Positions 17,984-30,400 of a stretch of 64,000 nucleotides of DNA are shown here, one piece after another; the stretch's first letter is position 1, and every line of letters begins with the position of its first letter. Origin of the DNA: Planctomycetota bacterium. GTDB taxonomy: Bacteria; Planctomycetota; MHYJ01; JACPRB01. The stretch covers positions 24,010 to 88,009 of the forward strand of contig JACQVR010000021.1 of assembly GCA_016209705.1 (NCBI GenBank). Direction: 5' to 3'. Made by a program: the position numbers and the translations under genes. The notes beneath the pieces are model-generated. The model did not search any database and was not told the origin of the DNA. It worked only from the letters and a program-made list of their open reading frames with translations.

Positions 17984-18862
17984 TCAACACGTCCCTAGCA
18001 CCGCCTTGACCGTCCGGCCGACGTCCGCCGGATCAAGCACGCACGTGACGCCCGCCTCGCGCAGGGCGCGATATTTTTCGGCCGCGGTGCCCTTGCCGCC
18101 CTGGATGATCGCCCCCGCGTGCCCCATCCGCTTGCCCGGCGGCGCCGTCTGCCCGCCCACGAAGGCGATGACGGGCTTGCGCATGTGCTCGCGGATGTAC
18201 GCAGCCGCGTCTTCTTCCATGGTGCCGCCGATCTCTCCGGCCATCACGACGGCGCGCGTTCCGGGATCAGCGTGGAACAGCTTCAGAATGTCGACGAAGT
18301 CGGATCCCTGCACGGGATCGCCGCCGATGCCCACGCACGTCGATTGGCCCAGTTCCAGCATCGAGAGCTGCCAGACGATCTCGTAGGTCAGCGTGCCGCT
18401 GCGCGACACCACGCCGATGTCGCCCTTTTTGTGGATGTAGCCGGGCATGATGCCCAGCTTGGCCTCACCGGGCGTGATAAGACCGGGACAATTGGGACCG
18501 ATCATCCGCGTAGACGTGTCTTTCAGGAAGGCCCGCAGGCGGCACTCGTCCATGATCGAGATCCCCTCGGTGATGCAGACGACGAGGGGAATTCCGGCCG
18601 CCGCCGCTTCCATTACGCTGTCCGCCGCGAACGCCCCGGGCACGAAGCAGACCCCGGCGTTGGCGCCGGTGCGGCGCACCGCTTCCTCGCAGGAATTGAA
18701 GACCGGCACCTTGCCGTCGAAGGTCTGCCCGCCCTTGCCGGGCGTGACACCGGCGACGACGTTCGTTCCATACTCGATCATCGCCCGCGCGTGAAACCCG
18801 CCGGCGCTGCCGGTGATGCCATGAACGACGACCCGGGTGTCTTTGTTGACCAGGATGCTCAT
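17984..18862 (-). CDS. sucD: Succinyl-CoA synthetase alpha subunit
   Basis: [40 protein letters not shown] and RMGHAGA motifs. Confidence 0.97.
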   Translation of the reverse strand: MSILVNKDTRVVVHGITGSAGGFHARAMIEYGTNVVAGVTPGKGGQTFDGKVPVFNSCEEAVRRTGANAGVCFVPGAFAADSVMEAAAAGIPLVVCITEGISIMDECRLRAFLKDTSTRMIGPNCPGLITPGEAKLGIMPGYIHKKGDIGVVSRSGTLTYEIVWQLSMLELGQSTCVGIGGDPVQGSDFVDILKLFHADPGTRAVVMAGEIGGTMEEDAAAYIREHMRKPVIAFVGGQTAPPGKRMGHAGAIIQGGKGTAAEKYRALREAGVTCVLDPADVGRTVKAVLGTC

Positions 18863-18868
18863 AAGTAC

Positions 18869-18924
18869 GATGTCCGAAGTTCGATGTCCGAAGTCCGGAC
18901 GGAGGGAGCTCCGCGACTTCGGAC

Positions 18925-18954
<30 letters not shown>
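18869..18954. repeat. Heptamer inverted tandem repeat overlapping the sucC 3' end
   Basis: atgtccgaagttcgatgtccgaagtcc ... gacttcggactcaggacttcggactcaggacttcggact. It supplies the sucC terminal KSEVLSPKS*. Confidence 0.75.
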
Positions 18955-20121
<1,167 letters not shown>

Positions 20122-20587
20122 CGCTCTGCGTATCCTGGGTTCCGCTTTCGGGGGGTTTGCTGCGGCGGACGGGTTGAATTCCGCCGCGCATGCTGGGGGC
20201 GGTGATTTTCTCCTCCATGATCTTTCCTTGGGTGAACTTCACCACCTTGCGCTTCGGAATATAGACCTCCTGGGCGGTGGCCTTGGGATTGCGCGCGATC
20301 CGGGGCGCGCGTTCGACGACCTCGAAGACGCCGAAATTTCTCAACTCGACGCGATTCCCTCGAAGGAGGGATTCGAGGATCATGTCGAGCGTTCCCTGCA
20401 CGACGCGCCGCGCCGACGCGATTTGAAGGCGGTGCTTGTCCGCCAGCGTGCGGACGATATGGTTCTTGGTCAGGGTTCGGTTGGAGCTGGACACGTCGGA
20501 TTCCTCGTAAAGGAACGGCCAGTAAAGCACCGCCTCCCGGAGCGGTCAAGCAAAACGCTTGGGTCAAGAGGCTTGGGGAGTTTGGGC

Positions 20588-21379
20588 CTACCCGAGCACG
20601 GCGTCCATGGAATAGTAGCCGGGTTTGGCGGACGCCACGAACGCCGCCGCGCGCAACGCGCCGCGCGCGAACAGGTCGCGGGATCCCGCGCGATGCGTGA
20701 CCGCGATGACCTCGTCTTCCGACGCGAACAGGACGGTGTGCTCTCCGATCACGCCTCCTCCGCGCACCGCGTGCACGCCGATTTCCCGGGGCGGCTTTTC
20801 CCCCGGCGCGCCCCGCCGGCCGAACGTGAAATCCGCGGGAAAGGACCTTCCCGTTTCCCGGGCGATCGCTTCCGCCACGGTGACGGCGGTCCCGCTCGGC
20901 GCGTCCTTCTTCCGGCGGTGGTGCATCTCGATGATCTCGATGTCGAATCGATCTCCCAGTTCCCGGGCGAGCGCCGGCAGGTGCCGAAGCAACGCCGCGA
21001 TCCCGACGCTGGTGTTGGACGCCACGAGCACCGGAATCCGGTCGGCCGCGGAACGCAGGCAGCGACGCTGGTCTTCATCGAAACCAGTCGTGCAGATCAC
21101 TGCCGGAGAGCCGGTTTTCACGCATTCCTCGAGACGGGCCAGCGAGGCCACCGGCGTGGAAAAATCCACCAGCGCGTCCACGCGCGCCTTCAGCGAGTCT
21201 GACACCGCGACGCTCAGAGGGGCGCGCCCCAGCAGCGTGCCGTAGTCCTGCCCGGCCGCCGGCGATCCCGGCGCTTCCAGCGCCGCCGCGATCTCGAAGC
21301 CGGGTTCTTGAAGGACCAGAAGCCCCAGCGCCCGGCCCATGCGCCCGAGCGCGCCGTTGATCGCCAATCGGAGGGTCAT
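20588..21379 (-). CDS. dapB: 4-hydroxy-tetrahydrodipicolinate reductase
   Basis: GALGRMG, DFSTP, CTTGF and EMHHRRKKDAPSGTA motifs. Confidence 0.96.
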   Translation of the reverse strand: MTLRLAINGALGRMGRALGLLVLQEPGFEIAAALEAPGSPAAGQDYGTLLGRAPLSVAVSDSLKARVDALVDFSTPVASLARLEECVKTGSPAVICTTGFDEDQRRCLRSAADRIPVLVASNTSVGIAALLRHLPALARELGDRFDIEIIEMHHRRKKDAPSGTAVTVAEAIARETGRSFPADFTFGRRGAPGEKPPREIGVHAVRGGGVIGEHTVLFASEDEVIAVTHRAGSRDLFARGALRAAAFVASAKPGYYSMDAVLG

Positions 21380-21382
21380 GGT

Positions 21383-22642
21383 TCAACGGCCGCCGAGCTT
21401 CGTTTTGGTCGTCTTTTCCACGCCCTCGCGGAGGTACGTGATGGTGACTTCGTCCCCCTCGCGAAGATCCGTGATGGCGTGCCGGAGTTCCTCGAACGTG
21501 TCCGTCGTCACCTTGTTGACTTTCAGGATCACGTCCCCCGATTGCAGTCCGGCCTCATCCGCGGCGGACCCGGCCTCCACCGAGGACAGCGGCACTCCCT
21601 TCTCCTCGTCCGACTCGGTTTGGGCGGTGACACCCAGGTAGCCCGGATTGCCCGGACGATACGGCCGGGGAGCGGGTTTCGGCGCGCCTCCGGCGCCCCA
21701 CATCTGGATCGTGCCGTCTCGATGCCCGCTGACCAGGCGCCTCCCATCCGGCGTGAAGGTGAGCGCCATCGTCCGATCCGCCTCGATGCGGCGCGCTTCC
21801 TTCCAGGTCCGGCAATCCCAGATCTGGATCCATCCGGAGCAGCTCACGGCCAGGTACTTCCCGCCCGGCATGAACGCGGCTGACGTGATGCCTCGGGGAC
21901 CATCCAGAGCCTGTCGCTCCCTGCCGCTGGCCACGTCATAAACGCGCAACCGGCTGTCCGGCCCCACCACCAGCAACGACTTGGAATCCGGCGAAAATTG
22001 GGTGAGCGCGGAGATCATCATCGCGCCTTCCAGGGTTCCGGTCTTCTCCCCCGTCTCGGCGCTGAAGATCCGCCCCACGGCGTCGCGCCCCACGCACGCA
22101 ATGTGGCGCCCGTCCGGCGACCAGGCCACGCTGCCTCCTTCCGCCGTGCGGCGCCCGATGAGCTGATGCTTCTCATCGCCCGAAGCCATGTCATAAACGC
22201 AGACCGTCCCGTCCGTCTTCAACGCGACGACCCGCTTTCCATCCGGGCTGATCGCGAAGCCGCCGTTCGCATAGTTGACGTTCGAGAAGGCGCGCAGCTC
22301 CCGGCCCTTCTGAGCATCGAAGACTTTCAACGTCCACGGCTTGTCGTTTCCGGGACATACGATGCGCGTGCCGTCGGGCGTCATCTGAACTCTCGTCTGG
22401 CCCAACGGATTGGGAAACGTCCGGATCTTGGCGCGCTTGTGAAAATCCCACAGCGTCAATTCATGCGTGGACGACAAGGAGACCAGCTTGCGGCCGTCGC
22501 GGGAGATGTCGATCGCCATGATGCGGCCGTTGCCGGACATGGAACCCCACACTTTCGCCGTGGAAGGGTTGAAGCGCTGCGAGGACGGCGTGATGTCCAT
22601 CCACAGCGTCGCGGCGAGCGCCGCCAGACCCCAGCGCATCAT
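21383..22642 (-). CDS. Secreted WD40-repeat protein with C-terminal PDZ domain
   Basis: About 7 WD40 repeats (ISRDGRKL, SPDGKRV, WSPDGRH, FTPDGRRL), then GYLGV..VEAGSAADEAGLQSGDVILKVN. Confidence 0.88.
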   Translation of the reverse strand: MMRWGLAALAATLWMDITPSSQRFNPSTAKVWGSMSGNGRIMAIDISRDGRKLVSLSSTHELTLWDFHKRAKIRTFPNPLGQTRVQMTPDGTRIVCPGNDKPWTLKVFDAQKGRELRAFSNVNYANGGFAISPDGKRVVALKTDGTVCVYDMASGDEKHQLIGRRTAEGGSVAWSPDGRHIACVGRDAVGRIFSAETGEKTGTLEGAMMISALTQFSPDSKSLLVVGPDSRLRVYDVASGRERQALDGPRGITSAAFMPGGKYLAVSCSGWIQIWDCRTWKEARRIEADRTMALTFTPDGRRLVSGHRDGTIQMWGAGGAPKPAPRPYRPGNPGYLGVTAQTESDEEKGVPLSSVEAGSAADEAGLQSGDVILKVNKVTTDTFEELRHAITDLREGDEVTITYLREGVEKTTKTKLGGR

Positions 22643-22645
22643 GAT

Positions 22646-23632
22646 TTACCTCCCAGGAGCGCGGGCCGACGCCGCGCCCCGAAGCCCGAAGACAAGGATC
22701 TTCCCGCGGTTCCCGAACACGACGAGCGACCGTCCATCGGCGCTGAATTTCAGCCGCGCCTGTTGGGCGTCGGATTCGCACAACGTCGCCGCTTCCCGCC
22801 CCGTCGCCGTCTCCCACAACTTCACCGATCCGTCGGTTCCGGTGGAAGCCAGGTATCGGCCGTCCTTGGAGAAGCTGACGAACGACGATCCCCCCGTGTG
22901 CCCTTCCAGCCGGCGGAATTCGTTCCACGTCCGCGCGTTCCAGATCACGATCCCCCCTCGCACGGCGGCCGCGACGTAGCGGCCGTCCCGCGATGCCTCG
23001 AACTGGGACAGATATCCCGCGCCTTCCGTGATCACGGTCGAGCGGCCCGATTCGATGTTCGTCGCCCGAAACACGCCGTCCTCGCCGCTCGTCAGAACGT
23101 GCGTCCCGCTTCCGTCGAAGTCGACCGCGTAGACGGAGCCGCTCGATACCTCGAGGCACTTCAGCTCCCGTCCGGTCGCGATGTCCCAAATCCTCACCGT
23201 TCCGTCCTGGCTGCCTCCGGTAGCCAATCGCCGCCCATCCGGGCTGACGGAGACCGATCAGGCGAACCCGTTGGGCATCTCGATCGAGGCGAGCTCCTCC
23301 AAGGAGGCGACGTCCCACACCTTGACGCTTCCGTCGCTGCCGGAGGTGGCCAAGATCTTTCCGTTGGCGCTCCACCCGCCGTCGTGGATGCCGCCGGCAT
23401 GCCCGCTCAGCGAGCCCGTCGTCGCGCCGGTTCTCGTGTCGATGACCTCCACCTCGTTGCCCTTTCGCGCGCATGCGTACCGGCCCGCGCCGGGCAGCCA
23501 GGGCGCGGCGGCGGGGGCGGACCCCACTTCCACGAAGCGGCGCGCGTCGATCGCGGCTCCGCCGGGCGTGATGTCCGCGGCGACGGACAAAGCGAAAAGA
23601 AGCCCGGCGCTGAACGAAAGCATGATCTTCAA
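22646..23632 (-). CDS. Secreted WD40-repeat protein interrupted by one in-frame TGA at 23258-23260 (candidate selenoprotein, or nonsense pseudogene)
   Basis: Track ORFs 23258..23632 and 22646..23227 are in the same frame. Read-through gives ..MPNGFA*SVSVSPDGRRLATGGSQDGTVRIWD, a seamless WD40 repeat. Confidence 0.75.
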
Positions 23633-23683
23633 TTATATACGATGCGTGATCCCCGTCGAGAAGAGAAGCCCGGAACCTCCCGA

Positions 23684-23711
23684 TTGACTCCGCGAGGGGA
23701 GACTCTACAAT
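23684..23711 (+). promoter_or_regulatory. Sigma70 promoter of SRP RNA
   Basis: TTGACT-16bp-TACAAT, ending just upstream of the RNA 5' end. Confidence 0.65.
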
Positions 23712-23717
23712 GCGCAT

Positions 23718-24001
<284 letters not shown>

Positions 24002-24008
24002 TTAATAC

Positions 24009-24041
24009 AGTCCAAAGTCCGAAGCCCAGAGTCCATAGTCC
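24009..24041. repeat. Heptamer tandem repeat (AGTCCNN)n
   Basis: agtccaa-agtccga-agcccag-agtccat-agtccc. Confidence 0.65.
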
Positions 24042-27000
24042 CTACGGGGGAGCCACGAACCGGCCGGTCCGCAGGTACAAGAGTCGGAAGTCCGCGTCCC
24101 GCGCCCCCAGGAGCGTCTCCACCGCGCGCAGGTAATACTTTTTCTGCTCCGCGTACCGCTCCGGATGCTCTTCGCGATCCGTCTTGTAATCCACCACCGT
24201 CCAGCGTTGCCCGATCCGCGCCACAAGGTCGACGACTCCCTGCACCACGCGCTCGCCGTCCGGCAGCAGGAACGGCAGCTCGCGCGCCACGATCTCGGAT
24301 CGCGCCAGGAAGTCGAACGCCTCCGATCGGACGAAGCGATCCAGGATTTCGCGCGCCGTTTCCGCGCCGTCCATCCCCAGCTCCTTCGCGCAAGAAGCCA
24401 CGAGCGGACCCACGTCGGGATTCGCGAAATCGAGACGCTGCATGACGAGATGGCAGAGCGTCCCGAGATCGGTCGCGTCCCGGCGGACCGGGTCGGCTCT
24501 TTCCTGGAGGCGCGACGGGCTGACGAAACGCGTCCGCTCCTGAATCTCGGTAAATTCCCGTTCCCGCTTCATCCAGACCTCGTCGAGCGCGCTCCAATCG
24601 ATGTCCGCGACTCCATCCTCCGGCTCCACCGGCGGGCGCCGGCCCGGCAGCGGCTCCTTCCACACGCAGCGGCGCACCTCGATGCCCAGCGCCTGCGGAT
24701 CCGGCATCGCCGCCAGCAGCTCGCCCATCGGCGATCTCGCGGGAGCGGACGCGCTCGCCGTCATCACCAGCCGCTCTCGCGCGCGCGTCAGCGCCACGTA
24801 CAGCACGCGGCGGGACTCCTCCCCCACGCGCCGCTTCCATAGAAGTCCCAGCGCCGCGCCGCCGGGATCCACGAGCGTCCGCCCGCGGATCCCCAGAAGT
24901 TCTTCGGGCCAGTCGTAGCGGACGGCCTCGTCGTCCCTCCCCCGCGGGTATCGGTGTAGATCGGGCAGGAAAACGACGGGAAACTCGAGTCCCTTGGCCT
25001 TGTGAACGGACATGACGCGCACCGCATCGAGCGCCTCGTCCGCCAGCGGACTCTCGCCCTCCTCGGTCCTCTCGTGGATGTCCCTCCTGAGGCGGACCAG
25101 GAACGCGCGCAGCGTGCCGGCCCCTTCGAGCGACGCCTCCGCCAGCCGCCGCATCTTCAAGAGATTCGCGACCGCCCGCTCCCGATGAAAGGACCGTCCG
25201 GCCAGCTCCAGGAGCGGCAAGCGCTCGAAGATCTCGTCCAGAAGCTCCGGCACGGGAACGCGGGCGGCCCGTCCATGCAGTTCGTTCAGCGATCGATAAA
25301 ACGTCGCCACGGCTTCGGGAGGATTCGCCATCCGATAATCGAGCGCTCCGGCGCGCGCCAGTTCCAGGAGCGTGGCGTCGTCGACCGCGCCCAGCGGCGA
25401 TCGCAGCAGCCCCGCCAGTGCGATCCGATCGAACGGATTGGCGATCGCCCGCAGCAGATTCACGAAGTCGATCACTTCCTGCGTTCCGTAGTAGTACTTT
25501 GCTCCCTCGACGACGTACGGGAGGCCGCACTGATGCAGCTCTTCGACGAGAAGGACCACGTCGGACATCGCCCTCAGGAGGATCGCGATGTCGCCGGGGC
25601 GCAGGGGACGCGTCCCTATCCCTTCGGGCACCTGAAGGGCGCCGACGTTCTTCCGGATCCAGGACGCGATCGTCTCGGCCTCCGCCCGTCGGGCCTCTTC
25701 CGACGACAGCTCCCGGACGCGGTCCCCCTCCTTGGGACCTTCGAACAGGATCGCCTCCACCTTCTGCGACGCCAGCACCGGCGCACGGTCCTCGTGCGCC
25801 TCGATCGCCACGTAGGGCGGCTGAAGATCGCCGGCCTCGCGGATGATCCGCTCGAACAGGCCGTTGACGGCGCGAATGATGCCCGAATGGCTGCGGAAGT
25901 TGGTCTTGAGGAAGAGCTCCGTTCCCCCTTGCGCCAGGATCTGCTCCTTCAGGCGCTTGTAGGCGACGATGTCCGCCCCGCGGAAACTGTAGATCGACTG
26001 CTTCGGATCGCCCACGATGAAGAGCTTCCCGCGCGCCAGGCGCACGTCCCGCGCCCGCGCCGCGTGCGACTCCGCCGTCTCGGCCAGGAACAGGATCACC
26101 TCGCATTGCACGGGATCGGTGTCTTGAAATTCGTCGACGACGAGGAACCGATACTTCGCCTTGAGCCGATCCCGAACTTCGGGAAAGTCCTCCGAAGCCA
26201 GCAGGTCCCGCACCCGCATGAGCAGGCCGTCGAATCCGACCAACCCTTCCCGCGTCATGCGGGCCCGGAACGAACCGGCGAAATCGCACGCCAGGCCGAT
26301 CGCCTCCCGCAGCAATCTCTCGTCCATCGAAACGATGTCGCGAGCGAGCGGAAGCGCCTCCGCCATGGCTTCCTGCGCCCGCTCGTAGTCCCCCGGCTCC
26401 CATCCTTTCTTGGCGGTGCTCACGCGAAGCGGCACGTCGCCCGCCGGCGCCTTTCCTTCCAGCACTTGCGATACGGCGTGCAACTGATCTTTGAGCCCGT
26501 TCGGTCCGGGTTGCCGCGCCGCCAGCGTGCGCAGTCGCGCCGTGAGTTCCTCGGTCAGTCGATCGAGCCGCCGCTGGCCTTTCTCCAGGATCCGCGCCGG
26601 ATCCAGAATCTCCTCGGGAATGCGGAACCGGGAGAGGCCTTCCGCGATCTCGCGCAGCTCTTCGAGGTCCACGCCCGCGAGGACCCGCCGCCAGACGTCC
26701 GGCCGCGGCGCGTGAAGCCCCAGCTCGGCGTCCAACCAGCGCTCCCACTCGCGCTCGAAAAGGTCATCAAAGCGGGGTCCTTGATCGATGGTGAAGCGCG
26801 GCTCGATCCCGGCTTCGATGGGATACTCGCGCAGGATGTGCGCGCAGAACCCGTGGATCGTGGAAATCTCGGCGCGATCAAGCCCCGCGAGCGCGGCCCG
26901 CAGCCGCTCGTCCAGCTCGGGACCCGCCTTCTCGCGCCACCACGCGCGGGCTTCCTCGTCTTCTTTCGAGGCCGGGATCAGGAGCGCCTTGAGCCGATCT

Positions 27001-27212
27001 TCGAGCCGCTCGCGCATCTCGGCCGCCGCCTTGTCCGTAAACGTCAGCATGAGCATGCGGCCGACATCGATGTCCAGCGCCAAAAGTTTCACCAGCACCG
27101 TATCGACAAGCAGCGTCGTCTTTCCCGTGCCCGCCCCCGCGGTCACGGCGACGTTTTCCTCGCCGAACATCGCCGCGAGGCGGATTTCCAGGTCCTTCGT
27201 CGGGGATCTCAT
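24042..27212 (-). CDS. addA: AddA-type UvrD helicase / PD-(D/E)XK nuclease
   Basis: AGAGTGKT, LTFTDKAAAEM, STIHGFC, VVDEFQDT, VGDPKQSIYSFRGAD, SVHKAKGLEF, YVALTRA and GVVDL..VVDYKT motifs. Confidence 0.92.
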   Translation of the reverse strand: MRSPTKDLEIRLAAMFGEENVAVTAGAGTGKTTLLVDTVLVKLLALDIDVGRMLMLTFTDKAAAEMRERLEDRLKALLIPASKEDEEARAWWREKAGPELDERLRAALAGLDRAEISTIHGFCAHILREYPIEAGIEPRFTIDQGPRFDDLFEREWERWLDAELGLHAPRPDVWRRVLAGVDLEELREIAEGLSRFRIPEEILDPARILEKGQRRLDRLTEELTARLRTLAARQPGPNGLKDQLHAVSQVLEGKAPAGDVPLRVSTAKKGWEPGDYERAQEAMAEALPLARDIVSMDERLLREAIGLACDFAGSFRARMTREGLVGFDGLLMRVRDLLASEDFPEVRDRLKAKYRFLVVDEFQDTDPVQCEVILFLAETAESHAARARDVRLARGKLFIVGDPKQSIYSFRGADIVAYKRLKEQILAQGGTELFLKTNFRSHSGIIRAVNGLFERIIREAGDLQPPYVAIEAHEDRAPVLASQKVEAILFEGPKEGDRVRELSSEEARRAEAETIASWIRKNVGALQVPEGIGTRPLRPGDIAILLRAMSDVVLLVEELHQCGLPYVVEGAKYYYGTQEVIDFVNLLRAIANPFDRIALAGLLRSPLGAVDDATLLELARAGALDYRMANPPEAVATFYRSLNELHGRAARVPVPELLDEIFERLPLLELAGRSFHRERAVANLLKMRRLAEASLEGAGTLRAFLVRLRRDIHERTEEGESPLADEALDAVRVMSVHKAKGLEFPVVFLPDLHRYPRGRDDEAVRYDWPEELLGIRGRTLVDPGGAALGLLWKRRVGEESRRVLYVALTRARERLVMTASASAPARSPMGELLAAMPDPQALGIEVRRCVWKEPLPGRRPPVEPEDGVADIDWSALDEVWMKREREFTEIQERTRFVSPSRLQERADPVRRDATDLGTLCHLVMQRLDFANPDVGPLVASCAKELGMDGAETAREILDRFVRSEAFDFLARSEIVARELPFLLPDGERVVQGVVDLVARIGQRWTVVDYKTDREEHPERYAEQKKYYLRAVETLLGARDADFRLLYLRTGRFVAPP

Positions 27213-27263
27213 ATCGGTATCCAAGCGAGATCACAGACGGAGCGGAGATCACGGAGCGAAAAC

Positions 27264-27433
27264 AACCACGGAGACACGGAGGCACGGAGAAAAATCTGGG
27301 GGATGTGGAGATTACTGGAGATATGGAGATCGAAAGGAGTGTTCGACCGAGCCAACGCTCCCCAAAAAAATATCTCCCTATCTCCCCCCATCTCCAGATC
27401 TCCTTAAAAAATCTTCTCCGTGTCTCCGTGGTT
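27264..27433 (+). mobile_element. About 170-bp composite MITE-like repeat, copy 1 (between addB and addA)
   Basis: Termini AACCACGGAGACACGGAG...CTCCGTGTCTCCGTGGTT enclose GGAGAT/ATCTCC octamer arms. A near-identical inverted copy is at 63029-63204. Confidence 0.8.
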
Positions 27434-30400
27434 ATTTTTCTCCGCGCACTCCCTGTCCTGAGCGCAGTCGAAGGGCGTCTCCTCCGTGCGCTCCCCCATG
27501 AAACCGGTCCGCCCGCCGGCGCGTGGGTCCGTGCTGCTTCCGGCAGACGACCGACATCGCGCAGGCGGCGCAGTGTTGAGGATCCGCCCGCAACACGAAT
27601 TCGCCGCGATCCATCGATCCCAGCACCCGGCCGAGAATCCCGAAGAACGCCTTCTCATGTTTCCAGAAATCGCCTTCGAGCCAAAGCTGGGCGGGTTCCC
27701 CTTCGGCCAATTCGCGCAGGAACAAATATCCCGAACACGATTCCGCCCGCTTCGGCGGTTTCCCCTGCTTCTCGAGAAACTTCTCCGCCAGCAAAAAATA
27801 CAGGGGGGGCTGAAAGTAGCGGCCGTGTTCGAGGACGCCCGTGGCCATCGTTTTCCACGGATAGCGGTTCTTCGACCACGACCTCTTGTAGTCGATCACC
27901 CGGAACGCCCCGTCGGGGCGCAGATCGAGTCGATCCAGAATGCCCTTCACCCTCACGCCGACTCCCAGATCCGCCTGGATCTCCAGCTCGAATCGCCAGG
28001 GATGGAAACCGCCGCGCGCCGCCATGTCATGGCGCACGGCCGCCTCGAGCACCGCCCGCATCCGCGACCGCTCGATCTCCCACAGCAACGGATGCCGGAT
28101 CGTGCGCGCCCCGGGCAACTGATCGAACACTTCCCGAAGCGTTGTCTCGAACAGCGGCGCGGCTTCCTCGATGGACGCCGGAACGCGCCCGTCCAGCCGT
28201 TCCCAAAACCGCTGGAGGAAGGCGTGGTAGATCTCGCCTTCCTCCAGCGCCGACGTCTGGAGTTCCAGCTCCGGTTCGTCCAGTTCCTCCAGATTCATGA
28301 CGCGCTCGCTGAAATACTTGAAGGGGCAGGTCGCGAACGTCTCCAACGCGGTGGGCGAAACGGTTTCCCCATGCCCGCGGATGCCGATCCGGCCGTCGCA
28401 GGCGCCGGCGGTCCGGGCGGACTCGATCCGCTCGAGGAACTCGAGGCCCCGTTCGAGATCCGCGTCCCGCGCGAGCAGTTCGACGTTCCGCGCCGACAGC
28501 GCCGCGCGCAGCGCCGCTTCCTTCCGCGTCAGGTGGAGGACGTCGACGGCGCGCAGGCGCTCCGCCGGGCGCCGCGGGACTTGATCCTCGCGTCCGACCG
28601 CCTCTCGCAGGAACAGCGACTTCACCTGGACGCGGCCTTGGTCGTCGGAGCGTTGCCAGGAAAGAACAAGTTCCTCGCAGGAGGCGGCCAGCAGCGTGAA
28701 CAGCAGCCGTTCCTCGTCGTAGCCGCGCAGCTTCTGCGGAAGGCGCGGTCCCAGCCGGGCTGCGATCCGCGCGCGCACCGCGTCGCGAACGAATGGGTCC
28801 TCGAGTATGAAGCGGGGAAACACCCGTTCATTGAGCCCCAGGACCCAGAGCTTGCGGAACGCCAGGCCGCGCGCCGACATGACGTCGACCACCCGCACGC
28901 CGCCGCCGCGGCCGGCCGGCTTCCGCGCGTCCGCCAGACATCGAAGGGCCGTCTCGCGAAGTTCGGTTGGCGACGGCGCCTCTCCGATCGTTTCCAGGCG
29001 GGCCAATCCGGCGAACGCGTCCCGGACCGAGGAGGCCACCTCCTCGCTCCCCAGCGGATCGAGGAGTTCGTCCAGGAGTTCCGCCAGCCAATCCGCGTAT
29101 CGCAGCCATCCGACTGCCTCGGGAGGGACGGCGCGCGTGAGGAGGCGCTCGACGGACTCGCGCAAAAGCCGCACCTGGCGGGCGCCGACCCGAAAGGACC
29201 GGCGTTCGTCCCGCGCTCCCCGCTCCAGAACGAACTCTCCCTCGGGGGGCAGGCGGCGGCGCCATTCGTCGGCGCCGCGTCCGATGCCCCGCGCGCGTGT
29301 CAGCATGTCCCAGAGCACCGCTTCGGGCGGCTCCGGACAGCGGAAGTGGGGCGACGACAGGAGGTCCATCATCGCGTCGCGGGGAAACTCCCCGTCCGCC
29401 AGGGTCAGCAGCGCGCGAACCGCCGAGACATATGGATGCCGCTCCGGCAAAACGGAGTCTCCGGCCGAATGCGGAATCCGGTTCTCGCGGAACAGGCTTT
29501 CCACGTGGATTTCGTACGGCTCGAGCGAGCGCGCGACGACCCCGATCTGATCGAATGGGACTCCTTCCTGGCGCCATTTCAGGATTTGCTTGGCGCAGGC
29601 CCATACTTCGTCGCGAGGGCCGGAGGCGTGAACGATCCTGGCTTCGACCTGTCCGCCGGCGAAAAGGTTCCGCGTCCTCAAGTTGGGGTCCAGGTCGCGC
29701 CTGGAGGCGGCCGCGCCGGCGAGCACCTCCGTGTAAAAACTCTGGGTGAAGGCGTATCCCGGATTCCCCGCTTCGAGCGGATAAAACAATCGCGCGGCGA
29801 AATTGCGAGCCACCGCGTGGAAGAGATCGATCTGAACCTGGACCAGCTCCAGGAATCCGTAGTAGATGATCTCGCGAAAAGCGCCCAGTTGAGCCGACTG
29901 CGGCGCCCGTTCGGCCGCCAAGCGAACCATGCCCGCGCGGTCCATCCAGTCTCTCCTGGCCAGCTCGGTCTCGTAGGCCTGGAGCAACGCGAAAACCTCG
30001 CCGAGCTTGAGCGGGTCTTCGGATCCCAATTCCCCTTCCTGAAGCGCCCGGTAGGAATCGCCGGGATCGAGGCCTCCCTCGCGAAGCTCCATCAAGAGGT
30101 GGAGAATAAACCGCGCCCGCCCCGGCGATTCCGGAACGCCGGACAGATAGCGCGCGTTGGGGAAGTCGCGCGCGACGATCCGCGCGACCAGCTTCTCGAG
30201 CACGAGATCGTCCTGAACGGGCGCGGCGTCTCCGGCCGCGAGCCGCGCGAACGACATGAGGTGATGGAAGTGCAGCGCGGCGACGCCTTGAGGGAACGCC
30301 TCCAGCGCCAGCTCCTTGAGACGCGTGGCGAGCCGCAGCGACGGCGCGACGATGCACACGGGCGCGAGCGGATCGTCTTTTTTCAACTCGCGCAGGCGCT

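Noticed and set aside
22646-23632. Frameshift or two separate WD40 genes
   Set aside because: Both ORFs are in the same frame, separated only by one TGA and ten sense codons that continue the WD40 repeat.
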